Of a stretch of DNA of 64,000 nucleotides, positions 37,655 through 49,400 are shown piece after piece. The notes under the pieces were generated by a model, which was not told the origin of the DNA, searched no databases, and saw only the letters and a program-made list of their open reading frames with translations. The position numbers were made by a program, and so were the translations under genes. The DNA is taken from NCBI GenBank assembly GCA_021513715.1, contig CP084167.1:512001-576000 (forward strand). Reading direction: 5' to 3'. Positions within the stretch are counted from its first letter, which is position 1, and each line of letters begins with the position of its first letter. The stretch comes from Candidatus Heimdallarchaeum endolithica. Its GTDB lineage: Archaea; Asgardarchaeota; Heimdallarchaeia; Heimdallarchaeales; Heimdallarchaeaceae.

Positions 37655-39398
37655 TTTTAACAATCTCCTTTACTTTTTCTACTATTTGGCTAGGAACAAT
37701 TAATTCTCCATCATATCTTCGTAAGTGATGCTTAATATCAAAAGCAGTTTGCATGCAGATATATCGCTGCATCTGACCAGAAAAATTCTGTTCTATTATC
37801 AACACTTCTTTTGCATTCTCTAAAATTTCTTTTACTTTTTCTTTTTGGAAGGGAAGAATATACTTAATGTGAAGATGGTTAGCTTTTATTCCTTCTTCTT
37901 CAAGATTAATTCTCGCTTCTCTAACAATATTTAGTGTTGAACCCCAAGAAACGAGTGTAATATCTGCATCTTTGTCTCCTTCAAAAATAGGTTCTGGTAT
38001 CTCTTTTGCTACTTGTTTCAGTTTTCTAGCTCTTTTTTCAACCATTGCATTTCTAATAGGTAAAGTTTCAGGAAGACCTGCTAAAGTTGATGCAATTGAA
38101 AAACCTTTTTCATTTCTTTCACTAGAACCAGTAAAATGCATACCTTTAGGTGTTCCTGGAAGTGTTCTAGGTGAAATTCCACTTTCAGTTATTTTGTATC
38201 TGAGATAATCGTCATCTACTTTATCTAAAATCCCATATCTTTTTGTTTTGTACTTTAGATTAAGTTTTCTAACTGTAGCTATTCCTTCTGATAAATAGAG
38301 ATCCATTAAAACTATTACTACCATCTGATATTTTTCAGCTAATTCTAAAGATTCTATACCCACATTAAAAGCATCTTCTATATCATTTGGGGCAATTATG
38401 ATTTTAGGAAAGTCTCCTTGACTTGCTCCATAAGCCTGGAACAAATCAGCTTGTTCAGTTTTTGTCGCCATTCCAGTTGAAGGGCCAGCACGCATGGAAT
38501 TAATTATAACTAATGGGACTTCTTGGATTGAAGCCATTCCTACAATTTCGGTCATGAGCGCAAAACCTCCTCCAGAAGTTCCTGTAGCAGCTCGCGCACC
38601 GCAGTATGAAGCGCCTACCGCCATTCCTGCTGCTGCAATCTCATCTTCAGTTTGTTTAACAATAATCCCTAATTTAGGTAAATACCTTGTGAGAAAGTGA
38701 ATAATTGAAGTAGCAGGAGTCATAGGATAACCAGAATAATACTTTAATCCTCCAGTTAAAAGACCTAAAGCTAATGCTTCATTTCCTGTAATAACCATCT
38801 GTTTTCCTTTTTCGAATTTAAGTTTTTTAGAAACTTTTTCCCAGTTATTGTTTTTGGCAAATTCTATTCCTAGGTCTAAAGCTTTAAAGTTAACTTCCAC
38901 TAGTTCTTTTCCCTTATAACCAAACTGTTCTTCCAATACTTCCTTAATAAGTTCAGTATCTAATCCTAATATATGTCCTAAAGCTCCAAACACGACAATA
39001 TTCTTAATTACAGAAAGCTTAGAAACTTGTTTTGCTAATTCTTTCATAGGAATAGGTAGTTTTTCTATTATGTCAGAAGGGTATCCTAGTTCATCTAAAT
39101 CAACATAGTCTTGATCGTAAACTATTTTCGCGTTCTCATTCACTCTTGGAAGATGTAATGAAGCAACTTGTTTATTTAATAACACTATAATATCTGCTTC
39201 TTCACCGACAGAATAGACTTTCTCGTCGCTGAATCTTAGCTGGTATTCATTGTATCCTCCTCGAATAACAGACTGGTAACTTCTAAATCCTACAAGATTT
39301 AGATTGTGTTTTTTAATAATTTTAGCAAAAAGCCAACCTAAAGAGACTAAACCATCTCCAGCACTGCCAACAAATCTTACTGAAATATCTTGATTCAT
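37647..39398 (-). CDS. korA: 2-oxoacid:ferredoxin oxidoreductase alpha subunit (gamma-alpha fusion)
   Basis: GSAGDG, IRGG, GNEA, YPMTPAT, QTEDEIAA, TSGGGF, RAGPSTG.ATKTEQAD. Confidence 0.92.
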   Translation of the reverse strand: MNQDISVRFVGSAGDGLVSLGWLFAKIIKKHNLNLVGFRSYQSVIRGGYNEYQLRFSDEKVYSVGEEADIIVLLNKQVASLHLPRVNENAKIVYDQDYVDLDELGYPSDIIEKLPIPMKELAKQVSKLSVIKNIVVFGALGHILGLDTELIKEVLEEQFGYKGKELVEVNFKALDLGIEFAKNNNWEKVSKKLKFEKGKQMVITGNEALALGLLTGGLKYYSGYPMTPATSIIHFLTRYLPKLGIIVKQTEDEIAAAGMAVGASYCGARAATGTSGGGFALMTEIVGMASIQEVPLVIINSMRAGPSTGMATKTEQADLFQAYGASQGDFPKIIIAPNDIEDAFNVGIESLELAEKYQMVVIVLMDLYLSEGIATVRKLNLKYKTKRYGILDKVDDDYLRYKITESGISPRTLPGTPKGMHFTGSSERNEKGFSIASTLAGLPETLPIRNAMVEKRARKLKQVAKEIPEPIFEGDKDADITLVSWGSTLNIVREARINLEEEGIKANHLHIKYILPFQKEKVKEILENAKEVLIIEQNFSGQMQRYICMQTAFDIKHHLRRYDGELIVPSQIVEKVKEIVKND

Positions 39399-39481
39399 AC
39401 ACTTATTCGCTCTTCTAAGCTTCTAAGAGCACATAATTTATAGAGATAAAAAATCTTGCTAAATGGATATAATTTAATTCT

Positions 39482-40504
39482 GTGAGAATATTAATGTCTC
39501 AAAAATGCTTAAAATTTAAGAATAATAGTGCATATTTACATTTGGTGGTCTTTATTTCAAAAGAGAAAAATTTTAACGGGAAAAAAGAATTTGAAGATGA
39601 ATTTGATCAGTTTACAATAAAAAAGCCTTCAGTTTTTAAATGGATAATAGTAGTATTTATAACTCTTGGCTCTAATTTGCTTTGGGTTGCACTAACAGAA
39701 ATTCCTCTTACGCTATTGCTAGTTGTTGTTAGTGGAGTAATATTTTTTTCAATATTCTTTTGGTTTATAACTGGACAATGGAGTGTAAGGATACTTGTTC
39801 TTAAGAACATTAAACGTATCCATGTTGGAAAAATGGGATTCTTTCTCAAATATTCAATGAAATTTCTGGGAATGCATTTTGATAAAAATAATAAATATTT
39901 CTTAGAAAAAATAAGCTATTTAAGAGATTACAATAGTGTAAAAGAATTATTTTATGATAGACTTCTTGATCCAGTTTCATCATCTCTAGGATTAGGTTTC
40001 TTAATCATAACTTTTGTCAAACCTTTGATAACTACTGTTCCACAAGCAATGATTATTGCAAATATAGTTCTTGTTACTACTCCTTTGCTCTCAGGTTTCA
40101 TAATCCCATTCTATTGGGTGATAAAAGATTCAAGAATAAGATATATAAATGAGAAAAACGATGTCTTTAAAGCAGAAGAAAATATAAAAAATAGTACATT
40201 AAACAAATTTCTGGGTTTTTCTGGTTTTGTAGCAGGGATAAATTTCTTATTAGAAAGTTTACCAGAACATCCAGCATTTGCTCATGTCCATTCGACTTTA
40301 GTTTTATTCATACTAGCAGTAATAATACTTCTTTTCATAAGTTTAATAATCGCAGGAATAAATCTCTTTGTGGCAACGGTCTATTTAACAACTAAACATC
40401 AAAAATTAGTAAATGAATTAAGAAAAAAAATTACAAATTACATTCCTGTTGGGGAAACAAGGGTTTTATTTAATAATGAAAAAACTGAAGTAATTATCTT
40501 ATAA
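39482..40504 (+). CDS. hypothetical multi-pass membrane protein (start uncertain)
   Basis: About 6 hydrophobic helices. Confidence 0.6.
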   Translation: MRILMSQKCLKFKNNSAYLHLVVFISKEKNFNGKKEFEDEFDQFTIKKPSVFKWIIVVFITLGSNLLWVALTEIPLTLLLVVVSGVIFFSIFFWFITGQWSVRILVLKNIKRIHVGKMGFFLKYSMKFLGMHFDKNNKYFLEKISYLRDYNSVKELFYDRLLDPVSSSLGLGFLIITFVKPLITTVPQAMIIANIVLVTTPLLSGFIIPFYWVIKDSRIRYINEKNDVFKAEENIKNSTLNKFLGFSGFVAGINFLLESLPEHPAFAHVHSTLVLFILAVIILLFISLIIAGINLFVATVYLTTKHQKLVNELRKKITNYIPVGETRVLFNNEKTEVIIL

Positions 40505-40607
40505 TTTCTTTCACTTTTTTTCATTTTCATTCAATTAGGAAACAAACATTTTTTAATTTTTAACGAGAAAATTATTTGATTAATATCTATTAAATACTTT
40601 ATTTATA

Positions 40608-41147
40608 ATGTCAAATCTTCACATTTCTGTTGTTGGGGGAGAAAATATTGATAAGTCAACACTTCTCTTTAAGCTTGCTGAAGAAAAAGAATATTCAAAT
40701 ATTTTCGATCAACATGTCCAACAATACGATGAAATTGGTTTTACTCCAATGAGTATTAGTTTCAAGATAGAAAATAAATATGTCCCTTTAGTTTTTTACG
40801 AAATGAATAGTTTATCAAGATATAAATATATAAGAACAATTTATTTTAAACGAGCCAATGCTTTTATACTTATTTACGATTTGACTAATCGCCAATCTTT
40901 TGAAATTATGAAGAATCTTTATTTTAGTTCAGTAAAAAGAAAAAGAGAAGAAAAAAACATTCCTTGTTTTCTTTTAGCTAACAAAAAAGATAAAGAAAAA
41001 GAAAGAGAAGTTTCATTCAAAGAAGGAGAAAGGTTCGCTAAAGAAGAATCAATAAATAAATTTTATGAAGTTTCTTCAAATAATTCTTTTGTTTCGATAT
41101 TTGATGAATTTGCCAAATATATATTCTACTCAATTAAACAAAAGTAA
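40608..41147 (+). CDS. Rab/Ras-like small GTPase with degenerate G1 and G3 motifs
   Basis: VVGGENIDKSTL, YFKRANAFILIYDLTNRQSF, LLANKKD, REVSFKEG, FYEVSS. Confidence 0.8.
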   Translation: MSNLHISVVGGENIDKSTLLFKLAEEKEYSNIFDQHVQQYDEIGFTPMSISFKIENKYVPLVFYEMNSLSRYKYIRTIYFKRANAFILIYDLTNRQSFEIMKNLYFSSVKRKREEKNIPCFLLANKKDKEKEREVSFKEGERFAKEESINKFYEVSSNNSFVSIFDEFAKYIFYSIKQK

Positions 41148-41255
41148 ATTAGAAAAGCTGAAAAAAAAATTACAACAACTTCATTTTAATTGCAAGAATA
41201 TTTTTTACGTTATGAATAAATTGTATAATGAACCTAAATTAAAAAAGAAAGGAAA

Positions 41256-43163
41256 TTAGTAGATTTTTTTCAATTGTTTAAGCAGAGGAGTATAAATATC
41301 ATACTCTTCTTTTAGATCTTTTGCTATTATTAGTTCTTTCAGATTCTGTGCAGATTGTAAAATAAAAGTTGGTGCAGTACTCTCAATTAATGGATATTGT
41401 TTTGATTTATATCCTGCTAAAACAGTATTGTTCTTCAGGCAAATAGAAGTCAATAGTTTAATTTCTTCTTCTTCGTTTAGTTCTTCTCCTTTTTCAAATA
41501 ACCAGTTTATAGAACCTTTTTCTGCTATACTGCCTACCCAGATTAAAAGAAGATAATCATAGATGTCGTTAGGGACGCCTAAACTATTGTATTTGTTAAA
41601 AACAGAAAATAAATCGGCAAATTGTTCTAACTCTTTATCATCTTTACTTACCATCATTATTGAGATAAGAAAATCTTTTTGAACATCTGTGAGAGTATCT
41701 AAAAGCTCTTTCTTTATTTTTAACAATTCATCTTTTTTTTCTTTAATTTCTTCATAACTTTTATTGTTTATTTGGTAATTTCCAATTATCTCATCAAGAT
41801 GTTTTTTCCTTTCTTCTTCTAAACCTTCTAAGTCTTTTGTATAATTTTCAATAATCTCTTTAAGAGTTTCTTTAGCTTCTTCTACTTCTTTCTCTGTAAC
41901 TTCTTCATTAGTGATGGTCTTTCCTTGCATTGCAGCTTTTGTCTGTTTTTGCCAACTAAGTGCATCTTTCAAACTTTTATCGTTTAATAAAGAATTGATC
42001 AGCTTTGCAACTATGTATTTAATTTCTACACTAGAATTAGCATCTTTAGCAGCTATTGAAAGATATAGGTGCAAAACATTAGGCATCAAATTATAAGGAT
42101 CAATTTGTTGATTTCCTCTCAATGCACTGAAATTAAAGTTTGATAATGCCCATTCGTATAAAGAGCTTCCAACGAAATTTGAAGGGGGGTTAAGAGCAGA
42201 AAATATAGGTAAAGAAGTATACATATTACCTATTGACAATAAAACATTATGCCAACCAAAGGTCGAAGAATCAAATTCTTTAATTCTTATTTCTTTACCT
42301 GAAATCAGAAATTCCTCAGTTAAATAGTAAATTAAATGTTTGTTTAAGCTGATTGAAGAAAGAGAATCTGCTTCGTATTTGGTCTCGTTGCTGTTTAATA
42401 CCGATATCAGTTCTATATTGTTAAATAATTCTGCTTGATTAGCGTCATCAAGTATTTCTTTAATTGATTCTTGGTTTTCAGGATATAAAGCTTCTATAAT
42501 GTGGTATATCCAATGAATAATGTAAGCATAAACATTCTCATTTTGTTTAAGCACTTTTCTCCATTTAAACCATTGTTTTAGCTTATTCAGATAGATTTCA
42601 CTCATCTTTTCAATATCTGAATCGCTTAATTCTTTTGTTGAATAGCGCAATGGAAAGATTGAAACAGGCTCTTTGTTATTAAACAGCACTTCTTTTATGT
42701 TTTTAATTAGAGTGTTTATTATTAGTTCAAGATCCATTATTGCATATCGTGAGATCACTTTTGCTTCTTTAAAATAATCAAAAGAGCAGCTACCATTTCT
42801 CAAGAAGATAGGTTCATGAATGTAACTAATTATTTTATCAAAAAATTCTTTTCCTTTTTCATCTAATTGATCAATAAGTTCTGATGCTTCTTGAAAGATA
42901 TAGGCATTAAGAAAAGCGTTAAACGCTGTTCCCATAATTTTTGCATTAGAAGCATAACTCTTGATAATTTTATTAATTTCTGGACTGTTCTTTTTTATTT
43001 TACTCAAATCAATGTCATCTGGAATTTTAACTAATTCTTTATTACTATCTCGTGGCCTAAGAAATTTTCCTTCACTCTGAAAGACAAGTAGTTTATTCTT
43101 TGTATCCAAACCAAAAATTATTTCCTTGTCCAACAATTTACCTTCAAAAATTTTTATATCCAT
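41256..43163 (-). CDS. hypothetical protein (635 aa, helical, central coiled coil)
   Basis: Long ORF with purine-rich RBS-like sequence upstream; no family recognised. Confidence 0.7.
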   Translation of the reverse strand: MDIKIFEGKLLDKEIIFGLDTKNKLLVFQSEGKFLRPRDSNKELVKIPDDIDLSKIKKNSPEINKIIKSYASNAKIMGTAFNAFLNAYIFQEASELIDQLDEKGKEFFDKIISYIHEPIFLRNGSCSFDYFKEAKVISRYAIMDLELIINTLIKNIKEVLFNNKEPVSIFPLRYSTKELSDSDIEKMSEIYLNKLKQWFKWRKVLKQNENVYAYIIHWIYHIIEALYPENQESIKEILDDANQAELFNNIELISVLNSNETKYEADSLSSISLNKHLIYYLTEEFLISGKEIRIKEFDSSTFGWHNVLLSIGNMYTSLPIFSALNPPSNFVGSSLYEWALSNFNFSALRGNQQIDPYNLMPNVLHLYLSIAAKDANSSVEIKYIVAKLINSLLNDKSLKDALSWQKQTKAAMQGKTITNEEVTEKEVEEAKETLKEIIENYTKDLEGLEEERKKHLDEIIGNYQINNKSYEEIKEKKDELLKIKKELLDTLTDVQKDFLISIMMVSKDDKELEQFADLFSVFNKYNSLGVPNDIYDYLLLIWVGSIAEKGSINWLFEKGEELNEEEEIKLLTSICLKNNTVLAGYKSKQYPLIESTAPTFILQSAQNLKELIIAKDLKEEYDIYTPLLKQLKKIY

Positions 43164-43343
43164 TTCTGTCCCCTTTTCTCGCTATAAATGAAAATTTTGT
43201 AAAGTTTTTATTTGTTTGCTTGTATGACATACAATTTTAACGTCAAATAATAATTCTAAATATTAATTTAAATTAGGTCCCTTTAAAAAATCTTAAAAAA
43301 TAAATAAGTTATTCATTTTATCGATTATACAGAGAATCTAGAA

Positions 43344-44642
43344 ATGAATAAAGTAAATTATCTTTCAGAGAAAGGAATATTTATCGAGAAAAATGTTAAT
43401 CTTTCAGCAGGAACTCTTGCTTGGGGAAGTAAAGCAAGGCAAAGAGCTAAAGAAGTTAAGGGTTTTATAGACGCAACAATTGGCTCAGCAAAAAACGATG
43501 AAGGAAAGTTATTTGCTTTTAAAACCTTTGAAGAAGAATTAAAAGGATTATCAGCAGATAAGATATTTGGCTACGCAAACGTTAGGGGACAAAAAAGATT
43601 TACAAGAGCTTGGATGGAAGATACGTTGGAAACCTTTCCAAGTGAACATAGAGAAAAATCTCGTTTGTTATCAACAGAACCTATAACAACTTGCGGAGGG
43701 ATTACAGGAGGATTAACTATTGCAGGCCAACTCTTTTTCGATAAAACAGATAATTTACTTGTTCCTAATTCAAGATGGAGTAATGTAGACAATTGTTTCT
43801 TCAAAAACCAACAGATAACAGAATTAAATTATAATCTGATTGATAAAGAAGGAAATCTATCTTTTGATGACCTTATAGAAAAAATCAAAATTTTAGAAAA
43901 AGAAAATAAAAAGATAGGTATATACTTTAACTTTCCTAACAATCCCAGTGGTATAAGTCCCACTCTCTCACAGATAAAAGCAATCCAAGAAACTTTAAAA
44001 GAAGTAAAAGTTCCAACAGTTATTATTTTAGACGATGCTTATGAAGGTTATGTCCATTCTGATGAAGTTTTAGATCATTCAATTTATCCTTATCTAATCG
44101 GGCTAAATGAGAATGTCTTAACAATTAAAGTAGATGGCATGAGTAAAAGATATTCTGCTTATGGAGTAAGATTAGGTACAATTATGCTTGGTTTTGGAAA
44201 AGAGGTTGATGAAGAAGAAAAAGAAGATTACCGAGAACTGATAGCTAAAGGTGCAAGAACCTTAACTTCTAGTTCTCCAAGAGGTCCTCAAGAAGCTTTC
44301 GCTAACATTTCAGAAGACAAAAAGAAGAAAAAACAACTTAAGAAAGAAAAAGAAGAGTTAAAAAATCTATTAAAAGAGAGGTATCTAGAAATAAAAAGAT
44401 TAATAAAAGATAGAGAAAACAAAACTATACATCCTGTTGATTTTAACAGTGGATTCTTCGGATATTGGATTATTAAAAATAATCTTCTATCATTTGATTT
44501 AGGAGAAAAGTTATTAGAAAAAAGTTTAGGAACTGTACCATTCTATAATAAAACATCAGGACTAAATGGAATAAGATTAGCTTTTTGTTCAATAAAAAGA
44601 GATGACCTCGAAAAAGCTATTGATATTCTTTATTCGGTCTAA
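43344..44642 (+). CDS. PLP-dependent aminotransferase class I/II
   Basis: NFPNNPSG, ILDDAYEG, DGMSKRYSAYGVRLG (PLP Lys), GIRLAF. Confidence 0.9.
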   Translation: MNKVNYLSEKGIFIEKNVNLSAGTLAWGSKARQRAKEVKGFIDATIGSAKNDEGKLFAFKTFEEELKGLSADKIFGYANVRGQKRFTRAWMEDTLETFPSEHREKSRLLSTEPITTCGGITGGLTIAGQLFFDKTDNLLVPNSRWSNVDNCFFKNQQITELNYNLIDKEGNLSFDDLIEKIKILEKENKKIGIYFNFPNNPSGISPTLSQIKAIQETLKEVKVPTVIILDDAYEGYVHSDEVLDHSIYPYLIGLNENVLTIKVDGMSKRYSAYGVRLGTIMLGFGKEVDEEEKEDYRELIAKGARTLTSSSPRGPQEAFANISEDKKKKKQLKKEKEELKNLLKERYLEIKRLIKDRENKTIHPVDFNSGFFGYWIIKNNLLSFDLGEKLLEKSLGTVPFYNKTSGLNGIRLAFCSIKRDDLEKAIDILYSV

Positions 44643-44813
44643 ATTTTCGTTTTCTTTTAAGTTTTTTACTTTTCCACTTTTTCAGTTTCTAAAAAAAAAT
44701 AGTTATTAGACAAATAAGTAATTTATTACCCAATAGAACAAATTTATGATGAGTTAATATTCTATTTAATTTTAGAAAAAATTTATAAAATAGCTATTGC
44801 ACAAAAAATTGAA

Positions 44814-46331
44814 ATGAATTTACTAAAGACTATTGTAAAAATAACTCCAGTTCCTATATTGCGTAAAGTTAAATCGTTTTCATTAAAAAAACCCAGCAGA
44901 ATTAAATTCCTATTTAAAGTATCTAATGAAGAAGCTTTAATCGAAATAGGAAAAAAATTAGCATTTAACAATTTCAAAAAAGTATCCAAGAATACACTCG
45001 CTTACAAGAAGTTCTTGGAAAGTAATGGAGTCAATGCAAAGAAAGTTAATAGCTTTAAGAAATTTATTGAAATTGTTCCCACTACAGATAAGAACAACTA
45101 TATTGCCAAATACCCAATGAACGAACTATGTATAAACGGAGATCTTTCACCTCTAGCTGTAATAGATAGAAGTTCAGGATATTCGGGAAAATCCATTTAC
45201 TTTCCAATATCCAAAAAAGAAAACCTTTTTGATGAACTAGTCATGGCAAATTGGTTTAAAACACAATTCAATATCACAACCAAAGATTTACTCATAAATT
45301 GCTTCTTTTTAGGATCATGGGTAGCAGGACTAAAAATAGGTAACTCTGCTAGAATGATAGGAACTTCAATAAATACAGGACCTCGTTTAGATGAAATAGT
45401 AGAAACAATATTCGATCTAGATAAATACTATGAAAGAATAATTATTTTATCCTATCCTCCCTTTGCAATGATGCTTGTTTACAAGTTAATAGAAGCAGGA
45501 TATGATTTCAAAGGTAAAAACTTCTTGTTTTTGGTAGGAGGAGAAGGATATAACCTGGAGTTCAAACAAAAATTACAAGAACTTACAAAAAAAAGTAGCG
45601 AAATTTTTGGAGCTTTTGGTAGCACTGAAACAGGAATAAGAATAGGAAATGAAACAGTCGATACACACATGCTTAAGCAAATGGCAGCATCAAACAAAGA
45701 ATTCTGCAAGAAAATGTTTGGAAAAGAATTCCCACCAAATATCTTTCAATATGATCCAACAAACGTTCATTTATTCACAAAAAAATATAAAAACGGAAAA
45801 GATGCCCTGATTTTCACCTCAGCTTCTAAAAGAGCAGTTCCAGTAATTAAATACAACTTAAAAGATGAGGGAGGAGTACTAACACAAAAGGAAGTAAAGA
45901 AAATAATAAAAGAAGTATTTAACATGGACTTCAATTTTAAACTACCTTTACCAATCTTTTATGTGTATGGAAGAGTGGATGATACAATATCAATAGCAAG
46001 TGCAATATTCTATCCTCATCAAATAAAATCAGGACTGTTGGAGTTCATGGATAATGTAATAGATTACAGATTGGAATCAAAAACAACAGATACAGGAGTA
46101 ATTTATCCAGCTGTTTATGTAGCAGTAAAAGAAAAAAGAAAAGCTTCCAAAAAGAAAATAGAAGAAAGTATTTACAAAACGTTATTAAAATACAGTAGCA
46201 CCTACTCAGAATCAATAAAAGAAGGAATAGCAGATAGACCTATAGTTTTCCTATACACAGAAAAAGACTTCCCCTTTGAACTAAACGAAATAACAAAAGA
46301 TCAAGTAAAAGAAAAGCATTTAGTAAATTAA
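44814..46331 (+). CDS. phenylacetate-CoA ligase (PaaK)-like adenylate-forming enzyme
   Basis: RSSGYSGK, SYPPF, GGE, FGSTE, PVIKYNLKDEG, VYGRVDD. Confidence 0.78.
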   Translation: MNLLKTIVKITPVPILRKVKSFSLKKPSRIKFLFKVSNEEALIEIGKKLAFNNFKKVSKNTLAYKKFLESNGVNAKKVNSFKKFIEIVPTTDKNNYIAKYPMNELCINGDLSPLAVIDRSSGYSGKSIYFPISKKENLFDELVMANWFKTQFNITTKDLLINCFFLGSWVAGLKIGNSARMIGTSINTGPRLDEIVETIFDLDKYYERIIILSYPPFAMMLVYKLIEAGYDFKGKNFLFLVGGEGYNLEFKQKLQELTKKSSEIFGAFGSTETGIRIGNETVDTHMLKQMAASNKEFCKKMFGKEFPPNIFQYDPTNVHLFTKKYKNGKDALIFTSASKRAVPVIKYNLKDEGGVLTQKEVKKIIKEVFNMDFNFKLPLPIFYVYGRVDDTISIASAIFYPHQIKSGLLEFMDNVIDYRLESKTTDTGVIYPAVYVAVKEKRKASKKKIEESIYKTLLKYSSTYSESIKEGIADRPIVFLYTEKDFPFELNEITKDQVKEKHLVN

Positions 46332-46497
46332 CAAACCCTTTTTTATTTTTATTGATAAACAACTTTCTACCTTGCGTAAATAGTTTTGTTTATTTATAGA
46401 AAATTGAAAAAAAACAGAACTAAACATTATAAAAAGTTTTATCAAAAAATGAAATCGTGTTTTAAAATTTAAAAATAAAGAAAAAAAGAAATTTTCA

Positions 46498-49400
46498 TTA
46501 TTCTTTCTTCTTACCTTCACCTATAATTTCCCAATCACGATATTGGCTAAGTAAACGGTCAATCTCATTATCAATATCAATAGTTTCTTTTCTTACAAAA
46601 GATTGCTCAAGTTCATAATATTCACCAATATCAGGGTTAGCTTGTAGGATATCTTTGAGATACTCTTCAACAACAGATTTAGAAAGACCGCTAAGTTCGG
46701 AAATTCGTTGCAAAGTAACAGAAATGTTAGGTTTGAATTGGTTAAGCAAATTAATGAGAGTTTTATATTCTTCTTCTCTCTTCAATGCTTTCATGTACTC
46801 AGATTTAGTTTTATAACCTTGAGCAGAGATTTCCTCCCACTCAGACTTAGTTTTAAATCCTAACTTCATTGCTGTAAACATTTCTTTGATAGAAGAAAAA
46901 CCAAAAGAAGAAGCTCTTTTACGAAGATAAAGTCTAATTCCTATAAAAGTCAAAAAAGCAACAGCACCAGTAACAATGACAGCACCTGTAACTATTGAAA
47001 TAATTGTGATCATTCTTTTAACTTTCAATTTATTTTCTAAATTCGATTTAGGATTAAGGGGATTAAGACCATTTTCTATTTCCTTACCATCTTTATCTCC
47101 ATCTCCATCAGTGTCAGAATTGTTAGGGTCTGTTCCATAAATCTTTACTTCTTCATAATCAGTTAATCCATCACTATCAGAATCACTACTTGTGGGGTTA
47201 GTAAAATATTCTTTAATCTCTTCATAATCAGTTAATCCATCTTCATCTGTATCAGTACTATTAGCAAACGTACCAACATTAAATTCTTCAAGATTGGTTA
47301 AACCATCACCGTCTAAATCAGAGTTGGAATCATCTGTTAATGGGTCTAATCCAGAATGAACTTCATAACCATCAGGCATACCATCTTCGTCAGTGTCTGA
47401 GTTGTTAGCGAAAGTACCAAGAGTATATTCCTCAAAATTAGATAAGTTATCGTTATCGAAATCAGAATTATTATCATTAACAATTGCGTTTGTGCCTGTT
47501 TGAACTTCCCACAAATCATCCATCAAGTCACCATCTGTATCAGTATTATTAGCAAACGTACCAACATTAAATTCTTCAAGATTGGTTAAACCATCACCGT
47601 CTAAATCAGAGTTGGAATCATCTGTTAATGGGTCTAATCCAGAATGAACTTCATAACCATCAGGCATACCATCTTCGTCAGTGTCTGAAACCAAAGGAAC
47701 AGTACCATAAGTGTTAACCTCTTCTCCATCAGTTAAACCATCACTGTCAGTGTCAGAAACCAAAGGATCAGTACCATAAGTGTTAACCTCTTCTCCATCA
47801 GTTAAACCATCACTGTCAGTGTCAGAAGTAGTAGGATCAGTTTTATAATTTACTACTTCATTAAAATCATCCAATCCATCACTGTCAGTATCAACCTTAC
47901 TCATATCTGTCCCTAAAATCTCCTCCTCATGATCAAACAACCCATCACTGTCTGTATCTAAATATGTTCCAGTTCTTTGATTGGTAACTGAATCAGTATA
48001 GAGAGGAGCATATCCAAGACCAAAAGAATTCCAAACAGACACACCATTGTTGTATACAGCAATTATTTCTAGTTCTGAATCATTATCTATATCAGCAACA
48101 GCTAAAGAAGAAAAAGAAACATCACTAATTGTTTTTTTTGGCCAACCAGGAATAACAGTACCATCAATATTCCAAATCGTTCCTCCCCCTCCATACCCTG
48201 CAATTACTTCTAAGGATGAATCGCCATCAACATCAGCAACTGCTAAAGAAGAAACGGAACCAAGCGCTGTTTTTGGCCAATCAGGAATAACAGCACCATT
48301 ACTATTCCAAATAGTAACTCCACCTTCATACCCTGCAATTACTTCTAAGGATGAATCATTATCAATATCAGCAACAGCTAAAGAATAAACAGAACCACTT
48401 GTTGTTTTTGGCCAACCAGGAACAACAGTACCATCACTATTCCAAATAGTGACTCCACCATTTAAAGTTTCTCCATCAAAATATCCTGCAATTACTTCTA
48501 AGGATGAATCATTATCAATATCAGCAACAGCTAAAGAATAAACAGAACCATTTGCTGTTTTTGGCCAATCAGGAATAACAGTACCGTCACTATTCCAAAT
48601 AGTGACTCTACTATCATCCCCGGCAATTATTTCTAGGGATGAATCGCCATCAACATCAGCAACAGCTAAAGAATAAGTATATCCACTTGTTGTTTTTGGC
48701 CAACCAAGAATAACAGCACCATTACTATTCCAAATAGTGACTCCACCTTCATACCCTGCAATTACTTCTAAGGATGAATCATTATCAATATCAGCAACAG
48801 CTAAAGAATAAACAGAACCACTTGTTGTTTTTGGCCAACCAGGAACAACAGTACCATCACTATTCCAAATAACTACTTCACTATTATACCCTGTAAGTAT
48901 TTCTAGGGATGAATCGTCATCAACATCAGCAACAGCTAAAGATCTAACAGAACCACTTGTTGTTTTTGGCCAACCAGGAACAACAGTACCATCACTATTC
49001 CAAATAGTGACTCCACCATCGTTGTAATCACCGTACCCTGCAAGTATTTCTAAAGATGAATCGTCATCAACATCAGCAACAGCTAAAGAATAAACATAAT
49101 CACTTGTTGTTTTTGGCCACGAAGATAAAATTGAATAATAATTAATAAAAAAGTTATAACGAGTGTTGGTGGTATCATAGTTAATTGATACCCAATTAAA
49201 AACATTAGTGCTGCTAATTTGAGCAGCTAAAATATAACCAGAATAATCGATATAGTATAAATATTGACCTTGAATAGTAATTATTCCATTTGTATGCAAA
49301 TAACCCGATAATAATTGTTCATTCGTGGATGAGGAATAAAAGTGCTTTGCATAAACATTTGAAGAGGAACAATATAGTAATTCCCAATCATAATCACTAT

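Noticed and set aside
48060-49120. Regularly spaced repeats resembling a CRISPR array
   Set aside because: Units are 120-140 bp, in frame, and encode FG-GAP blades; there are no unique spacers or cas genes.
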